Shown piece by piece: positions 1 to 13,499 of a stretch of DNA of 64,000 nucleotides. A model generated the notes under the pieces. That model made no database searches. It saw only the letters and a list, made by a program, of their open reading frames with translations, and was not told the origin of the DNA. Source of the DNA: Felis catus (taxonomy: Eukaryota); contig NC_058377.1 of assembly GCF_018350175.1 (NCBI RefSeq), positions 108,066,001 through 108,130,000 on the forward strand, written 5' to 3'. The position numbers were made by a program, and so were the translations under genes. Position 1 is the stretch's first letter, and each line of letters begins with the position of its first letter.

Positions 1-1
1 C

Positions 2-651
<650 letters not shown>

Positions 652-917
652 GTCGGCGACTGAAGAAAGAAAGGCTTGTATGAGAAACAATGCTCTAGAG
701 GGGTCGGGGGATGGGTGGTGGGCCGGGGCCGATCGCTCTGGGATTTAGGTGGTCGCGGGATCTCACGTGGGTAAGGCCGGGCCTTTCAGGGAGATCGGGT
801 GGGGAACAGAACTTGGCCCTCAGAACAGCCCCTCTGCCTCTACTTTTCCCGTGCCCTCTGATCTCGCGGCCAACCTACTGTTAAGCTCCCCAGATCCAGC
901 GGGGACCCAAATCTTAC

Positions 918-980
918 CTGAACTACGGCCACCGCAGCCGCAACCACGAAGATGGAGTCGAGAAAGAGGAAGGAGGAAGG
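918..980 (-). other. FAU: FAU non-coding exon 1 with 5' terminal oligopyrimidine (TOP) tract
   Basis: Minus strand reads CCTTCCTCCTTCCTCTTTCTCGACTCCATCTTCG...TTCAG|gtaag (donor at 917). A pyrimidine start is typical of ribosomal protein mRNAs; exact TSS (~970) is inferred. Confidence 0.88.
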
Positions 981-1187
981 GCGCGCACGTCCTCACCGCC
1001 TGCTGCGTGCTACGTCACTGCTGAGCGACCGCGAAGGTCTCTGGTTTTTGTACGGCCCACCGCAGTCCTAGCTCCGCCTCTTTACGCTTTGCGCAGGCGT
1101 TCTTTCGGTCCGGGGCGGTGCGCTCCCGAAGGGGCGGAACCAGGCCGGTTGCGCGCGCAGAAGGCCAGCGTACGGGAGCGGTGCAAG

Positions 1188-1190
<3 letters not shown>
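975..1190. promoter_or_regulatory. Bidirectional CpG-island promoter shared by FAU (-) and MRPL49 (+)
   Basis: Head-to-head genes ~220 bp apart. CpG-rich, with NRF1-like GCGC motifs (~981, ~1090, ~1150), GC box GGGGCGG, CRE half-site TACGTCA (1011-1017) and YY1-like CAAGATGGC over the MRPL49 ATG. Confidence 0.85.
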
Positions 1191-3529
<2,339 letters not shown>

Positions 3530-4568
3530 GGCCCACCTGAGCAGCCTGCCTGACAGCGTTCCCCACAGCTAGAGTCTGGGGTGGGGGCGGGCCAGGAGGG
3601 AGATGGCTGTAGGACCAACCAGGACAGCAGGTATAAATGGCAGGGCTGAGAGCGTCGACGGGTTAAATGAGGGCTGAGGGCTTCAGAGCAGGCCTTGCTC
3701 ACATTAAGGGGGAACGGGACCCTCTACACAGGGGCCAGCACTGGGGGCGGGCTGTCTGACATTGGACCCTACCTTCGTTGGAGCTCACTGGGCTCAGCTC
3801 TTTAAATTCTGAAGGTTGCTGACTGCCCCTCTGGGGGAATAGCCCAATCCAGTTCAGGGCAGGGTGGCACAGGGCAAACGCACTGAGCACCTGCCTTCCT
3901 TGGCCCTCAGACCCTCACTACCACAAATACCCTTAAGCCCTTGCTCCAGGCCAGACCCGGCTTGGTGGAGGCTACGGAGGACACAGGGAACTCAGGCGTG
4001 GGTCCTAGAGGTCTTCATTTCCCAGCGCGGTCCTGGGCATAGGCATAAAGCACCCACGTCAGCCCCTTGGCTTGTTCTTTTCACCCTTGGAGAAGGCGGC
4101 CCAGTGGCCTTTGCTCCATTCTAGGCCAGAGTTGGGCGTGACTAGGTTTCTAGCTCCAGGAAGCTAAGTGGTTAGCTTTAGCTGGTCTGTCCACGAGGGG
4201 GTGCTTGGGAGATTCTAGCGGTCCAGCGCAGAGCAAGCCATTCTTGCCAGCTTCCTGACCTGGTGTCAGGGGTGGTCAGGGCCTTTGCGGGAAAAAAGAT
4301 GCTGGCCTTCTGCCCCTGTCATCATTCCCATCCCACTCTGGGCCCGTGGGCCTTCACACTTGCTCCGTCCTTGGGAGTTCTAAAAGCTTAACTCTCTGGG
4401 GCTTGGTTTCTTCGTCTGGAAAATGGAGATACTGTTGTAATGGTTTAATGTCTAAAGAAACCGTCACCCCCCCCCCCCCGGGATTCTCCAGTCTACAGCC
4501 TGAGCAAGAAGACCACTCCCGGCACACTGACCCCATGACACTAGCTCCACCGGTCATTAATGCAAGTC

Positions 4569-4574
4569 TTTATT
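4569..4574 (-). terminator. SYVN1 polyadenylation signal AATAAA
   Basis: TTTATT on + strand; the first minus-strand AATAAA seen after the SYVN1 stop (5643). Confidence 0.75.
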
Positions 4575-4597
4575 TGGCGGTATATACAATTTGAGCT

Positions 4598-4628
4598 ATT
4601 AAAATGTGTACAATATTTACAAATTAAA
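4598..4628 (+). terminator. MRPL49 polyadenylation signals (ATTAAA at 4598-4603 and 4623-4628)
   Basis: First canonical-type hexamers seen after the MRPL49 stop, in an AT-rich island that also has TGTA motifs. Confidence 0.65.
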
Positions 4629-5642
4629 TAATCATCTGAAACGGTCTCCAGCAACTCTTGTAACACAAAACCAAGGGAGAAAGAGACAAGGGCAGGCAGG
4701 CCTCGGCTCCTGTGGTCCCTACCTGGCCCAGTGCCTTTTCTAAACTGGAAAGACCAGGAGTCTGACGCTCCTGCTCCTCTTTCCTAGGGTCAAGCATTCA
4801 AGTTCAAAGACAAAATTTAAGCCAAGAGACAACGGCAAGGAAGTAATTCCAATTCTTCTCAACTCAAGAAAAGTTCTGTTAAGTTGAGAAGTGGCCTTCC
4901 ACAGATTCTGGGGCTTGCAGTGGTTCAGGGGCAGACACACGAGCCCTCAGCCTGGAGTGAGGCTGGGCAGTGGTTGCTGGGTGAGACCAGGAAGTCTCAC
5001 TTTAGACAAACTGCAGGGAGAGGGGCGTGGACACCTCAGTGCTGCCCACCTGCTCGGCACTCCTTTCCCAGAGCTGTGCGGTTGCCACTAAGACGCGGAA
5101 ACACCACAGGGCGTAAGTGACACAGTCACCGTCACAAAGAGCTTCTAGGGAGTTTGGGGTAAGAAAAGGGAAATCAGTACCAATCTTGGTGGGTGGCCCA
5201 GGAAGCAAGTTCCTGGCCTGCCTCCAGCTCCTAAAGTTCACACGTGGGATTGGGGAGCTAATACTGTTCAGCACTGAAGCGACTTCACACACACACGCAC
5301 ACAAGTGGGCTTAGAAGGGCTGCCCCTTCTCCCAGAGGGGGGTAGAGGGCTTCTCAGAGACTGCCTTTCTGCCTTCACGGCCCCAGCAGAAAAGGGTGAC
5401 AGGTTGGAAAGAAAGGCTGGGACTGACCCGAGATCCCCGTGGCTGCCGGGGACTGAAAGGGCTGGAGTCAACTGGGGCCTCAGGCTTCTTTCCACTCGGC
5501 CTAGGGGATGCCACCTCCTTTGTCTCAGAGCTGGGGGTTCTTACTCCCTGGTGCACACAGAGGGAGCTGGCACTTGGTGGCAGGACACGTTACAGCGAGG
5601 GCTGCTCAAGAGAGTGGAGGCAGGAGTAGGACTGGGGTCGTG

Positions 5643-8600
5643 TCAGTGGGCAACAGGGGACTCCAACTTCTGCAGGCGGCGGCGGCGGAGCTCTGCGGCG
5701 TCAGGCTCCCCGTCCTCAGGCAGCTCCTCCGTGCCCACGGACTCGGGAGCTAGGGACAGAGTTCGGAAGTGGAACCCAGAGAACTTCCCTCCCCACCCCC
5801 ACCCCCTCCCCACGCTCGCCCAGACTACCTGGAGGCTTGTCAGGTTCAGGGGCCGGTGGGGAGTCTCCTGGGGATGGGGTGGTGGCCTCCGAGCTGGGGA
5901 CGCTGGTGGGGGTGGCAGCAGTGACGACTCCAGGGGTCTCCTCAGTGGGGCTGACTGAGGCGGCAGGCCGAGGGGGCCTAGGAGAGAAAGACGAGGGAGG
6001 TGAGGCCCGGACACGTTGGCATGATTGAGAAGATTCTGCCCTTGGTGAGCCTGGCAGGGTGGAGCCCGCACCTCTGCAGCCTCAGTCTGCAACAGACGCG
6101 AGCGTGTGTGAGTTCTCGGGATTTCATACTACAGACTAAACTACGTGCGGGCAAGAATCGTTGGCCTGTTCGCTGGTAAACGGCGGTCTCTAGCGGGGCG
6201 CCAGGCTCCTCCCAGAGTTCCCACCTAAGATTTTCCCCTGAAGAAAACCGTATTCAGGTTGCTCAGACTCAAACTCCCCTCCAAGCCTGTGCTCTGTGTG
6301 CCAGACTCTGTGTGTGTGACCCGTGAATAGGAGCTAGGACCCTTCTATTCAATTAAAGTGACAGTGGTCACGAAGCAAATGAGTGGTGGGCACCATAACT
6401 TACACTTAGGCCAGGCTGGTTCTGGGTGACTTTTTGGGGGCGGGGGGAGGGGAAGAGCAGACGGAGGGCGAACGGGATTCGAAGTGGCCTCGGTGCTGAC
6501 CGCAGCAAGCCCAATGCAGGGCTCGAACTCACGAACTGTGAGATCGTGACTTGAGCTGAAGTCAGACGCCTGACCGAGGCACCCAGGTGCCCTTGGGTGA
6601 CTTACGCGCGGTCTCAGATCAGGGGCAGTGTTTCCCGGACACAGTCACCACACGTGAGAAAGGTATATGTGATGAACTAAAGCGCTGACGATTATGAGTG
6701 AACTGACTACAGAAAAATATACAGGAGCAGGATTCGAAGTCAACTCTCTGCTAATAATAAACACCAGCCCTCCCGAGACCCAGGCAGGCCCCCTGGAGCG
6801 AGAGAACAGAGGCATCGAGAAACCCAGAGATCCTGCTGCGCCTACACACAGGTGACGTGAACCAACAGGCATCACAGGGTGGCCGAAGAGAAAGGCCCGG
6901 GACCGGGGCCGGGGGCCTCACTGGCAGCTCCAGGCTGCCGCCATGCGCGCCGGCCCCCGTGCAGACGTACCCCAGGGAGGCCAGCACGGTGAGGTACTGG
7001 TTGATCTGCAGCATGGCGGCGTCCAGCAGGGTGTGGATGTTGCGCAGGCTCTGCAGCCGAGCCTCCAGGTGTTGCCGCTCGTGGCCCTCCAGAGCCCGCA
7101 GCTCCTCCGGAGTCAGCCCAGCAAAGCCCGCGGGGGGCACGGGCATCGGGGGGAAGGCTGGAGGGAGGCAGAGAGGCTCAGCCGGGGCGGCCTGGGCCTG
7201 ATGCCCAGATCCCTCCAGATCAACCCCGAGGGCGGCTCGGTTTACCAAAGGGTGGAGGCAGTGGCATGCCCATCCAGGGTGGAGGGAAGGGGAAGCCCGG
7301 AGCAGGGCTGGCCTCGGGGGCGGGGGCAGAGCCAGGTGCCGAGGCAGAGGCGGAGGAGGCGGCGGCAGCTGTGGTCGTGGCTGCTCCGCTAGGCCGAGAA
7401 AGGGCTGGTACAGAGCGAGAACAGGAAGTTGGTGAGAGCTGAGGCCTCGGCTCTCCATTCCTCCCGCCCCCTGGCTGTCGCCGTAGCCAAAAGACTCACC
7501 TGCACTAGTGGGTGGAGGGGCCACAGCCTCTCCTGAGCTGGGGGGAGGCGGGACGGGTGGAAAGGGGCCCATGGGGGGCCACAGCGGGAACATGCCTGGA
7601 GGAAAGGGAGGCAGGAGGCCCTGGGGGACTGCAGAGAGAGGACGAGGCAGTGAAGAAAGGTCCGGAGTGAGATAGCTCCGAATCTCCGAATCACGTGTGA
7701 GAGACTGGTTGTTAGGAACTCTGTCCCTGCTCCCATGGGCCTCTCTGAGCTCAGCACTGATGACACGTGACTTCAGTCCACGGAGGTCTCTTTCTATGAC
7801 CCCCTCCCCTATCCAGACAGCTTCTGGAGGATTCACCTCCGTGTTTCCCCTACCCAGCTCCGGGCAAGTACTCAACAGTGTGTTGGACGGCCAAATGAGG
7901 GGGCCACTCACAGTTAGGGGGCTGGGGCAGGAGTGGTGGGGGATGAGGAGCAGGTGGCGGCCCCTGATCCGCAGGTTCAGGGGGCGGTGGTGACTGGGTC
8001 GGCAGTGATGCCCGAAGGACGTCCATACGGCAGGTAGGGCAGGTCTGCTGCCGCTGGAACCAGGAGCGCAGGCAGCTGGGGGTCAAGAACAGGCGACGGT
8101 CGGCAAGTCCCCAGGAGCCTGCCTTCCAGAGCCCATCCCCTGCAGTCAGGCTCCCCGGGCCCCTCCCACCTGGTATGGAAAATGTGGTTGCAGGGCAGTC
8201 TCTTGGCGCCAGTCACCATCTCTTCTCGGCAGATGATGCAGACGTTGTCCGTTGCCTGGAGCTCCTCCGGGGTGGCATCTGGATACCTAGTGAGGACGGG
8301 CCAAGGGTATGTCCAGACCGGAAGTGGAGACAGAGGAACCTGGGGCGGAGCTAGGGAGAGCAGCTGGACCGACCCACTTACAGCGTGTTCATGTTGCGGA
8401 TGGCTCGGCGAGACATGATGGCGTCTGTCACGGCCTTCTTGAACTGCCTGAAAGGAGAGTTGCAGTGAAAGTTGGGTGAGGGAGAAGAATCAGGTGTGGG
8501 GCAGGGGCAGGACGGGCTGGGCTGGGCTGGGCTGGGCTTACCTCATGGCCAGGTACATAGGCCGAATGGCAAAGAGAGGGAAGGTGTGCACCTTGATCAT

Positions 8601-10903
8601 GATAGTCATGAAAGCCATGTACAGCAAAACCTTGATGAAGCCTGGGGGGCAAGGGGAGGTGCAGAGAGCAGCAGTCACAGGGCCTGGGAGGCAGGGCTGG
8701 GGACGCTGGTCCAGGTCAGGGGAGGCCCAGGCTCTTCTCACCTGTAAACAGCTCCGTGTAGAGCATGTACACGGCCTTATTGTCCCAGGGGTTCTCGCTC
8801 TGGAGGTCCACGGAGTGCAGTACGTACTTGATGAAGATGGTCAGCACCATAGTCATCAGGATAGCATACTGGAGGGAGGAGGGGGCGCGGGGACCTAAGC
8901 ACACGACACCTCCTTGCTCTGGTCACCCTCTGCCACACCCAGGCCGCTACAGCAGAGTGCAACGACGCAAGTGTGGTACCGGACACAGCTGGGGTCTTCC
9001 GAGTGCCTGCACTCACTAGCTGGTTTGACTTCTAGCGGCTCACCAGACCTCTCGGAACGTCAGACACTTTGCTCGTCTGCCAAGTGACGGCATTAAATGT
9101 TCCTTAGTGACTACGTTGCTTTGCCGATTAAAAGACGCAGCCGGTGCTCAGCACGGGGTCTAGCGTACAGTGAGCTGCTATCGCTGAACACCCCTCCCCG
9201 GCTGTCCATCGAGCTAAGTGCTTCCGTCCCGACGACAGCCAGCTCCTCTGGCGTCGCCTTCCAGGAGGCCTTCCCTGAGCGCCGGGTCAGGGCTCCCCCA
9301 ACACACACGCCTCTTTCTGTGCCTCCCCCGCTCTCCTAGGCGTGAGAGCGCACGAGGCGGGAGCGGAGACTGACGGCTGCTCCTTGGTGGCCTGCACGGG
9401 CCTGGCCACAGAACAGGTGCCCAGGGAGGGGCTGTTGGGTTATTCGAGGCACACTCGGGGCCACCTCAGGCTCGTCCTCCCCACCTCCCGAGCCAGTGTT
9501 ACCTCAAAGCCAAACACCAGCTGCACAGAGGCCCCACGGGTCAGGATGCTGTGATAGGCATGGCTGACGAAGAGGAAGTCCAGGATACCCAGGAGGAACA
9601 TAAGGGCTGTGGGGACCCCCCCCAAATAGGGGGTTGGTGGGGTCAGCCCAGGGACTGACAGCCACTTCCCGCTTTAAGACACCTCCCACCCTCAAGCCCT
9701 AGCCATCTAGTCAGGTGGCTTGACCCCGGCCCCCTGGGAGCTCCAGTTTTGCCTAGGAGGGTTTTAGAGCAGCCCAAGTTCCAGGTGAGGAGGCAAAGAA
9801 CTGAGGGGCTGGACAGTTAAAAAGCCCTGGGGTGGAACAGGGCAGAGATGATGCAAATTAACTTCCCAAATTATCTTTCCTGTACAGCTGCGGGCCGAGG
9901 GGGAAGCCTGCGCTCTACGGCACGGGTCCGCAGTTCATGACTTATCACATTCCAATCCTCCACAGAGCCTCTTACTCCCTCCAGCTCCCTCCTCTCCCTT
10001 CCCATGGATCTCACTCACAGACGATGCGGCAGTGAAAGAGCCAGGAGATATTGGGGCTGCGTTCCATCTGAGGCAGAGCAGAAAGGGGGCCTGTCGGGAA
10101 GGCTGGGGCTCACCCCCCACCCCCCCACCCAGCCTTCACTTCACAAGCCCACCTACCAAGCCACTCCCTGCCTCCCATCTGCTTTGAGAACCCCCGACCC
10201 AACTCACAAAGTCCACACGGTCCTCAGCCAGCCAGTGGAAACACTTGAGGAAGAGAAGGAGAGTGAAGAGTGCAACAAAGCGGGGGCTGAAGTCGTCCCG
10301 AAAGACAGTGAAGGCCAGACAAGTCTCAGTGACGGCATACCAGGAACGTTCCAGAAGGTGCTGGGGATTGGGCAGAGAAGGACGAGGAATTCAAGACATT
10401 CTGCTTGCCCAGCTCCCTGGCCCTCACTTTGGGGAGTCGTGAACATCTTACCTCCATCTCTGCTGCCCTCAGCTGTCCAAAGAACACCTTGCCCATCACT
10501 TTGCCCAAGAGAAAGACAAGGACAAAGGCCTGGATGTAGAGGACCTAGGAGTGAGAAGAGGCTATGGTTTGAGGTCACTTTCTGCTCTGCTATGTCTGGG
10601 GCTCATGATTCCGGAACCTCCCTATGTCCCCGTCCCAATTCGTTCAAAGTTAGGCGGCTGGTGGCAGCTTCACGCCTCGCACGCTTACCTGACCCCCAGC
10701 TCCGCCCCTGTCTCAAGCAGACTCCTCCTTCCCTCCCAGGGAGCTCCTCCCACCCTGAGCCCTGAACTCACTGCCATGCTGGGGCTGGACTTGGTCAGGT
10801 ACACCACGGTGGGGTAGAACTGGTGCTTGAGGTAGTAGGCATGAGCCACGACGGCCCCGGTCAGCGCCAGGCTGGCCGCCATCATCACTGCGGTGCGGAA
10901 CAT
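5643..10903 (-). CDS. SYVN1: E3 ubiquitin ligase synoviolin/HRD1 (ERAD), complete, 611 aa. Coding exons 10903-10772, 10544-10452, 10360-10208, 10067-10019, 9606-9503, 8868-8742, 8641-8542, 8447-8382, 8286-8170, 8075-7912, 7628-7500, 7404-7246, 7157-6971, 5977-5829, 5749-5643
   Basis: Starts MFRTAVMMAASLALTGAVVAHAYYLKHQFYPTVVYLTKSSPSMA, followed by TM segments, RING-H2 CIICREEMVTGAKRLPCNHIFHTSCLRSWFQRQQTCPTC, a Pro-rich region and C-terminus ELRRRRLQKLESPVAH*. The 15 coding exons total 1836 nt with consistent phases and GT-AG sites. Confidence 0.98.
6433..6593 (-). mobile_element. Degenerate Can-SINE in SYVN1 intron 14
   Basis: Reverse SINE head (gggctcgaactcacgaactgtgagatcgtgac...cacccaggtgccc) flanked by direct repeat TGGGTGACTT (6423-6432 / 6594-6603). 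Confidence 0.75.
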
Positions 10904-11050
10904 CGCTCCGGCCTGGAGACCTGCGTGGGGACAGGGCAGGAATAACCTGCGTGTTGCGCACACTGCGCAAACCCTGAACAGTGCCCAGCGCGCGATGTCA
11001 CTAAACACCAGGGAGAGACCCCCCCCCACCTCACCTCTCCCACACAATCA

Positions 11051-11058
11051 TGACGTCA
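11051..11058. promoter_or_regulatory. Perfect CRE palindrome TGACGTCA in SYVN1 intron 1
   Basis: Exact CREB/ATF consensus near the edge of the CpG island; function not shown. Confidence 0.4.
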
Positions 11059-11299
11059 AATATAGCAAACGGCCCCCCCCCCCCCGCGCCCCCTCATTTT
11101 ACGAACAAGAAAATGGAGGCTCAAAAGGGTTAAGCGATCAGACTGACGCAAGGCCTGGAGCCTGGGTCAGTTTTGTTTCAAATCTAGGGCTCTTTCCACG
11201 CCGCCTGCCAAGCCACCGCCTCCAGGGAGGAACGGGGAAAGGCAAACGTGTTGCAGGAAGGAGAACTGCTACCACGGGCTCTACCGTGAAGGTGATGGA

Positions 11300-12120
11300 G
11301 AGGATGCAAACGCAGAAATCTCCAGAAGCGGTTACGTGCCGCCTGGACTCGGAGAAGCCAGGCGCTGGGGGGCGCAGCCGGGCAGGCGACAGCGCCGGTG
11401 ACAGCTCGGCCGGGGTGCGCAACCCCGCCGCGCGCCCCGCGGGAGCGGGCGGGATACGTCAGCCTGGAACCCTGGCGTCCCCCACCCGCCGGGGCAATGT
11501 CCACTCGGGGCACCGGAGAAACGGCCGACTGGAGGGATGCAGCGGCGGCACGGAGAGGGACCCGGGTCGCCCCCGCACCTGTAAGCTCCGGGAGCTGCGA
11601 ACGTCGCAGGTGGGGCCCAGCCTCCGGAGAGCGGCCGCACGGGAGCCTGAGGTCTACCGCCAGCTGACAAGCCGCAAGCGGGGCTGAGGGGGGCGCGCCG
11701 ACCCCGGAGACCGCAAGGGGAGGGCCCAGGTCCCGACTCCAACCACAACCCGGGCCCCACCCCGGCCGACTCACCAGGAGCCCAGCGCCGCGAGCCCGCT
11801 CAATCCCCGCGACTGCGGAGGCGGCCCCGGTTAACAACACTCCCCACCCCCTGCGAGCCGGAACTTCGGGGGAGAGACACCTCACTTCCGGCGGGGCGCG
11901 ACGTGGATCGTACCAAGTGCACCCTTCCTTTGGCCGCCCCGCGCACCGTCCGTGGTGCCGGGAGCGGTAGTCCCGCCACTGTATCTAGGCTTCGTGCCCA
12001 CGGCCGGAGCGAAAGACGCGAGAGGTGGTCGGAGCGGAATAGGACAACCCGGGAGATAGTTGGAGTCCCCCCATCTATCAGTCAAAGATGGTATCGCCTC
12101 CGCCGCTGAGTGTACTCAAC
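11300..12120. promoter_or_regulatory. SYVN1 CpG island and core promoter, with ETS/GABP site GCCGGAAGTG (11883-11892, minus) and GC box
   Basis: High CpG density; cacttccggc followed by ggggcg just upstream of exon 1; ACGTGG core at 11901-11906. Confidence 0.8.
11775..11850 (-). other. SYVN1: SYVN1 non-coding exon 1
   Basis: Donor CTG|gtgagt at 11774; exon 2 acceptor cag| at 10921. Resembles the mammalian SYVN1 5'UTR (GTGTTGTTAACCGG...GCAGTCGCGGGGATTGAGCGGGCTCGCGGCGCTGGG). TSS approximate. Confidence 0.8.
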
Positions 12121-12370
12121 CTAGCGGAGGGCTCAGGCTCTCAAAGAGGCTGGAAGGTGGGGCTTCGTGTGGGCCGTACCACTTGGAAGGGGGAGTGTGC
12201 AAGGGACAAGCATTACGGGCTTAAGAGAAATAAAATGTTTCAGAGTCTCATTCCAGAAGATTTCGCAACAACTTCACAAATAAGAGGCTCCCTTGGAGAA
12301 CTGGGTTCAGAAAAGAAAAATTTGCTTCTCCGCGATCACCCCCGATTTGTGTGGGAGTGAGTTGGGTCCC

Positions 12371-12389
12371 CGTGGCTGCTACTAATTGG
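12371..12389 (-). promoter_or_regulatory. ER stress response element (ERSE) CCAAT-N9-CCACG
   Basis: Minus strand CCAAT-TAGTAGCAG-CCACG is an exact consensus, ~520 bp upstream of the TSS of SYVN1, a known UPR target. Confidence 0.8.
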
Positions 12390-12402
12390 CCTAGATAGAG
12401 TT

Positions 12403-12414
12403 ACGCGGACCAAT
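12403..12414 (-). promoter_or_regulatory. UPRE-II element ATTGG-N-CCGCGT (XBP1-responsive HRD1 element)
   Basis: Minus strand ATTGG-T-CCGCGT is an exact match to the UPRE-II consensus described for the human HRD1 promoter. Confidence 0.8.
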
Positions 12415-13499
12415 AAGAAAAGGAAGGACATTTGCTGGCCTGTGGAAAGAGAAAAGCAGGTGAGCGGTTGCTAGGGACGGAAGGCAGCGTTGCCTAGGTC
12501 TGGGTCCAACCCCAGTGGGCGGACAGCTGGCAGGGTTGGGGGGTAGGGGGGGCGCAGTCCGTGGGCGGGTGATCTGTGTCTGCCCAGCGGGAACATTTGC
12601 TGCGCCACAAAAGGGAGGGGCAGCCTGATGTGTCTGGGATTAAGAAGGCAGACCTTTAATTCCGGCTAATGTTGGGATGGTGTTCAATGCAAAGGGATTG
12701 ACTTCAGCTTCCCGGCGCCTACAGCTTTGCTCTCCTTGTGTTCAGCCCCGGGCCGTAATCGCAGCTACTACTGATCTTGGGCTGCGTAGTATTTGTCTGT
12801 GTCGCAGTCGCAGCCAACCCAGTCGGCTCGTTGACAGAATGAAGCCGGTACACCCAATCTGTGCCTTGCGTTGTCCTCCGTCGCATTTAACATCCAAGCA
12901 CTACAGTTTATGAGCTAGAAGGTGCTATACTCATTTTGGACTTGGGACTGTTGATGTTCAGAGATTTAACAAGACCTGTCCTGGGATTGGCATCGGGTGT
13001 GTCTGATTCTAGATTCCCGTGCTGTTGGTTGGCCTCATCACCTTCACCACCTCCCCAACTGGCCTGACCAATTTAGCTGTCACAGGGTTGGCTCCCCCGC
13101 GAGGCCATCTATTACTTTCTAGTGACTAAAACCAATGGTCAGCTTTCGGTTCTCGCCTGACTCGATCTCTTTCCTCTTGTAAAAAGTCTCCTCCTTCAAC
13201 TTCTGTGATCCCACAGGCCTCTGCTTTTCTCTCTGGCTGTACATCTGCCCCTTTCCTCCCTCTGTCCTTTTATTTAAATGTCGGTGTCCACGTTGGCCCC
13301 TTCTGTTTGTTTTGTGTACCTAATGTCCTCTGCTCCTGTGGACTCCATTTCCCCACCCAAGTGCTGATGACTCCCACGTCTGGTCTTTACTAGAATATCT
13401 CCTGTTTTTAAAACACTTCAGTGTCCCTAGTCATCCCCTCTTACCCGGCTCCGGAAACGTGGGCATCTTGTTCCCCTGTCCCTCTCCATCTGTCCCCAC

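Noticed and set aside
4161-4178. AAGCTAA-GTGG-TTAGCTT hairpin in the MRPL49 3'UTR
   Set aside because: A 7-bp stem matching no known element (not IRE, SECIS or histone stem-loop); likely chance.
6669-6706. Box C/D snoRNA-like motifs (GTGATGA...CTGA...CTGA) in SYVN1 intron 14
   Set aside because: They are on the strand opposite the host transcript, only 38 nt from C to D box, with no terminal stem or room for guides.
7246-7404. Apparent SYVN1 frameshift suggested by the ORF track
   Set aside because: Manual splicing gives an intact exon 13 (ALSRPSGAATTT...FPFPPPWMGMPLPPPF); the track simply reads through introns.
10893-11885. Long ORFs (264, 233 and 142 aa) over the SYVN1 CpG island
   Set aside because: Low-complexity Arg/Gly/Pro/Ala translations expected from stop-poor GC-rich DNA, with no recognisable domain.
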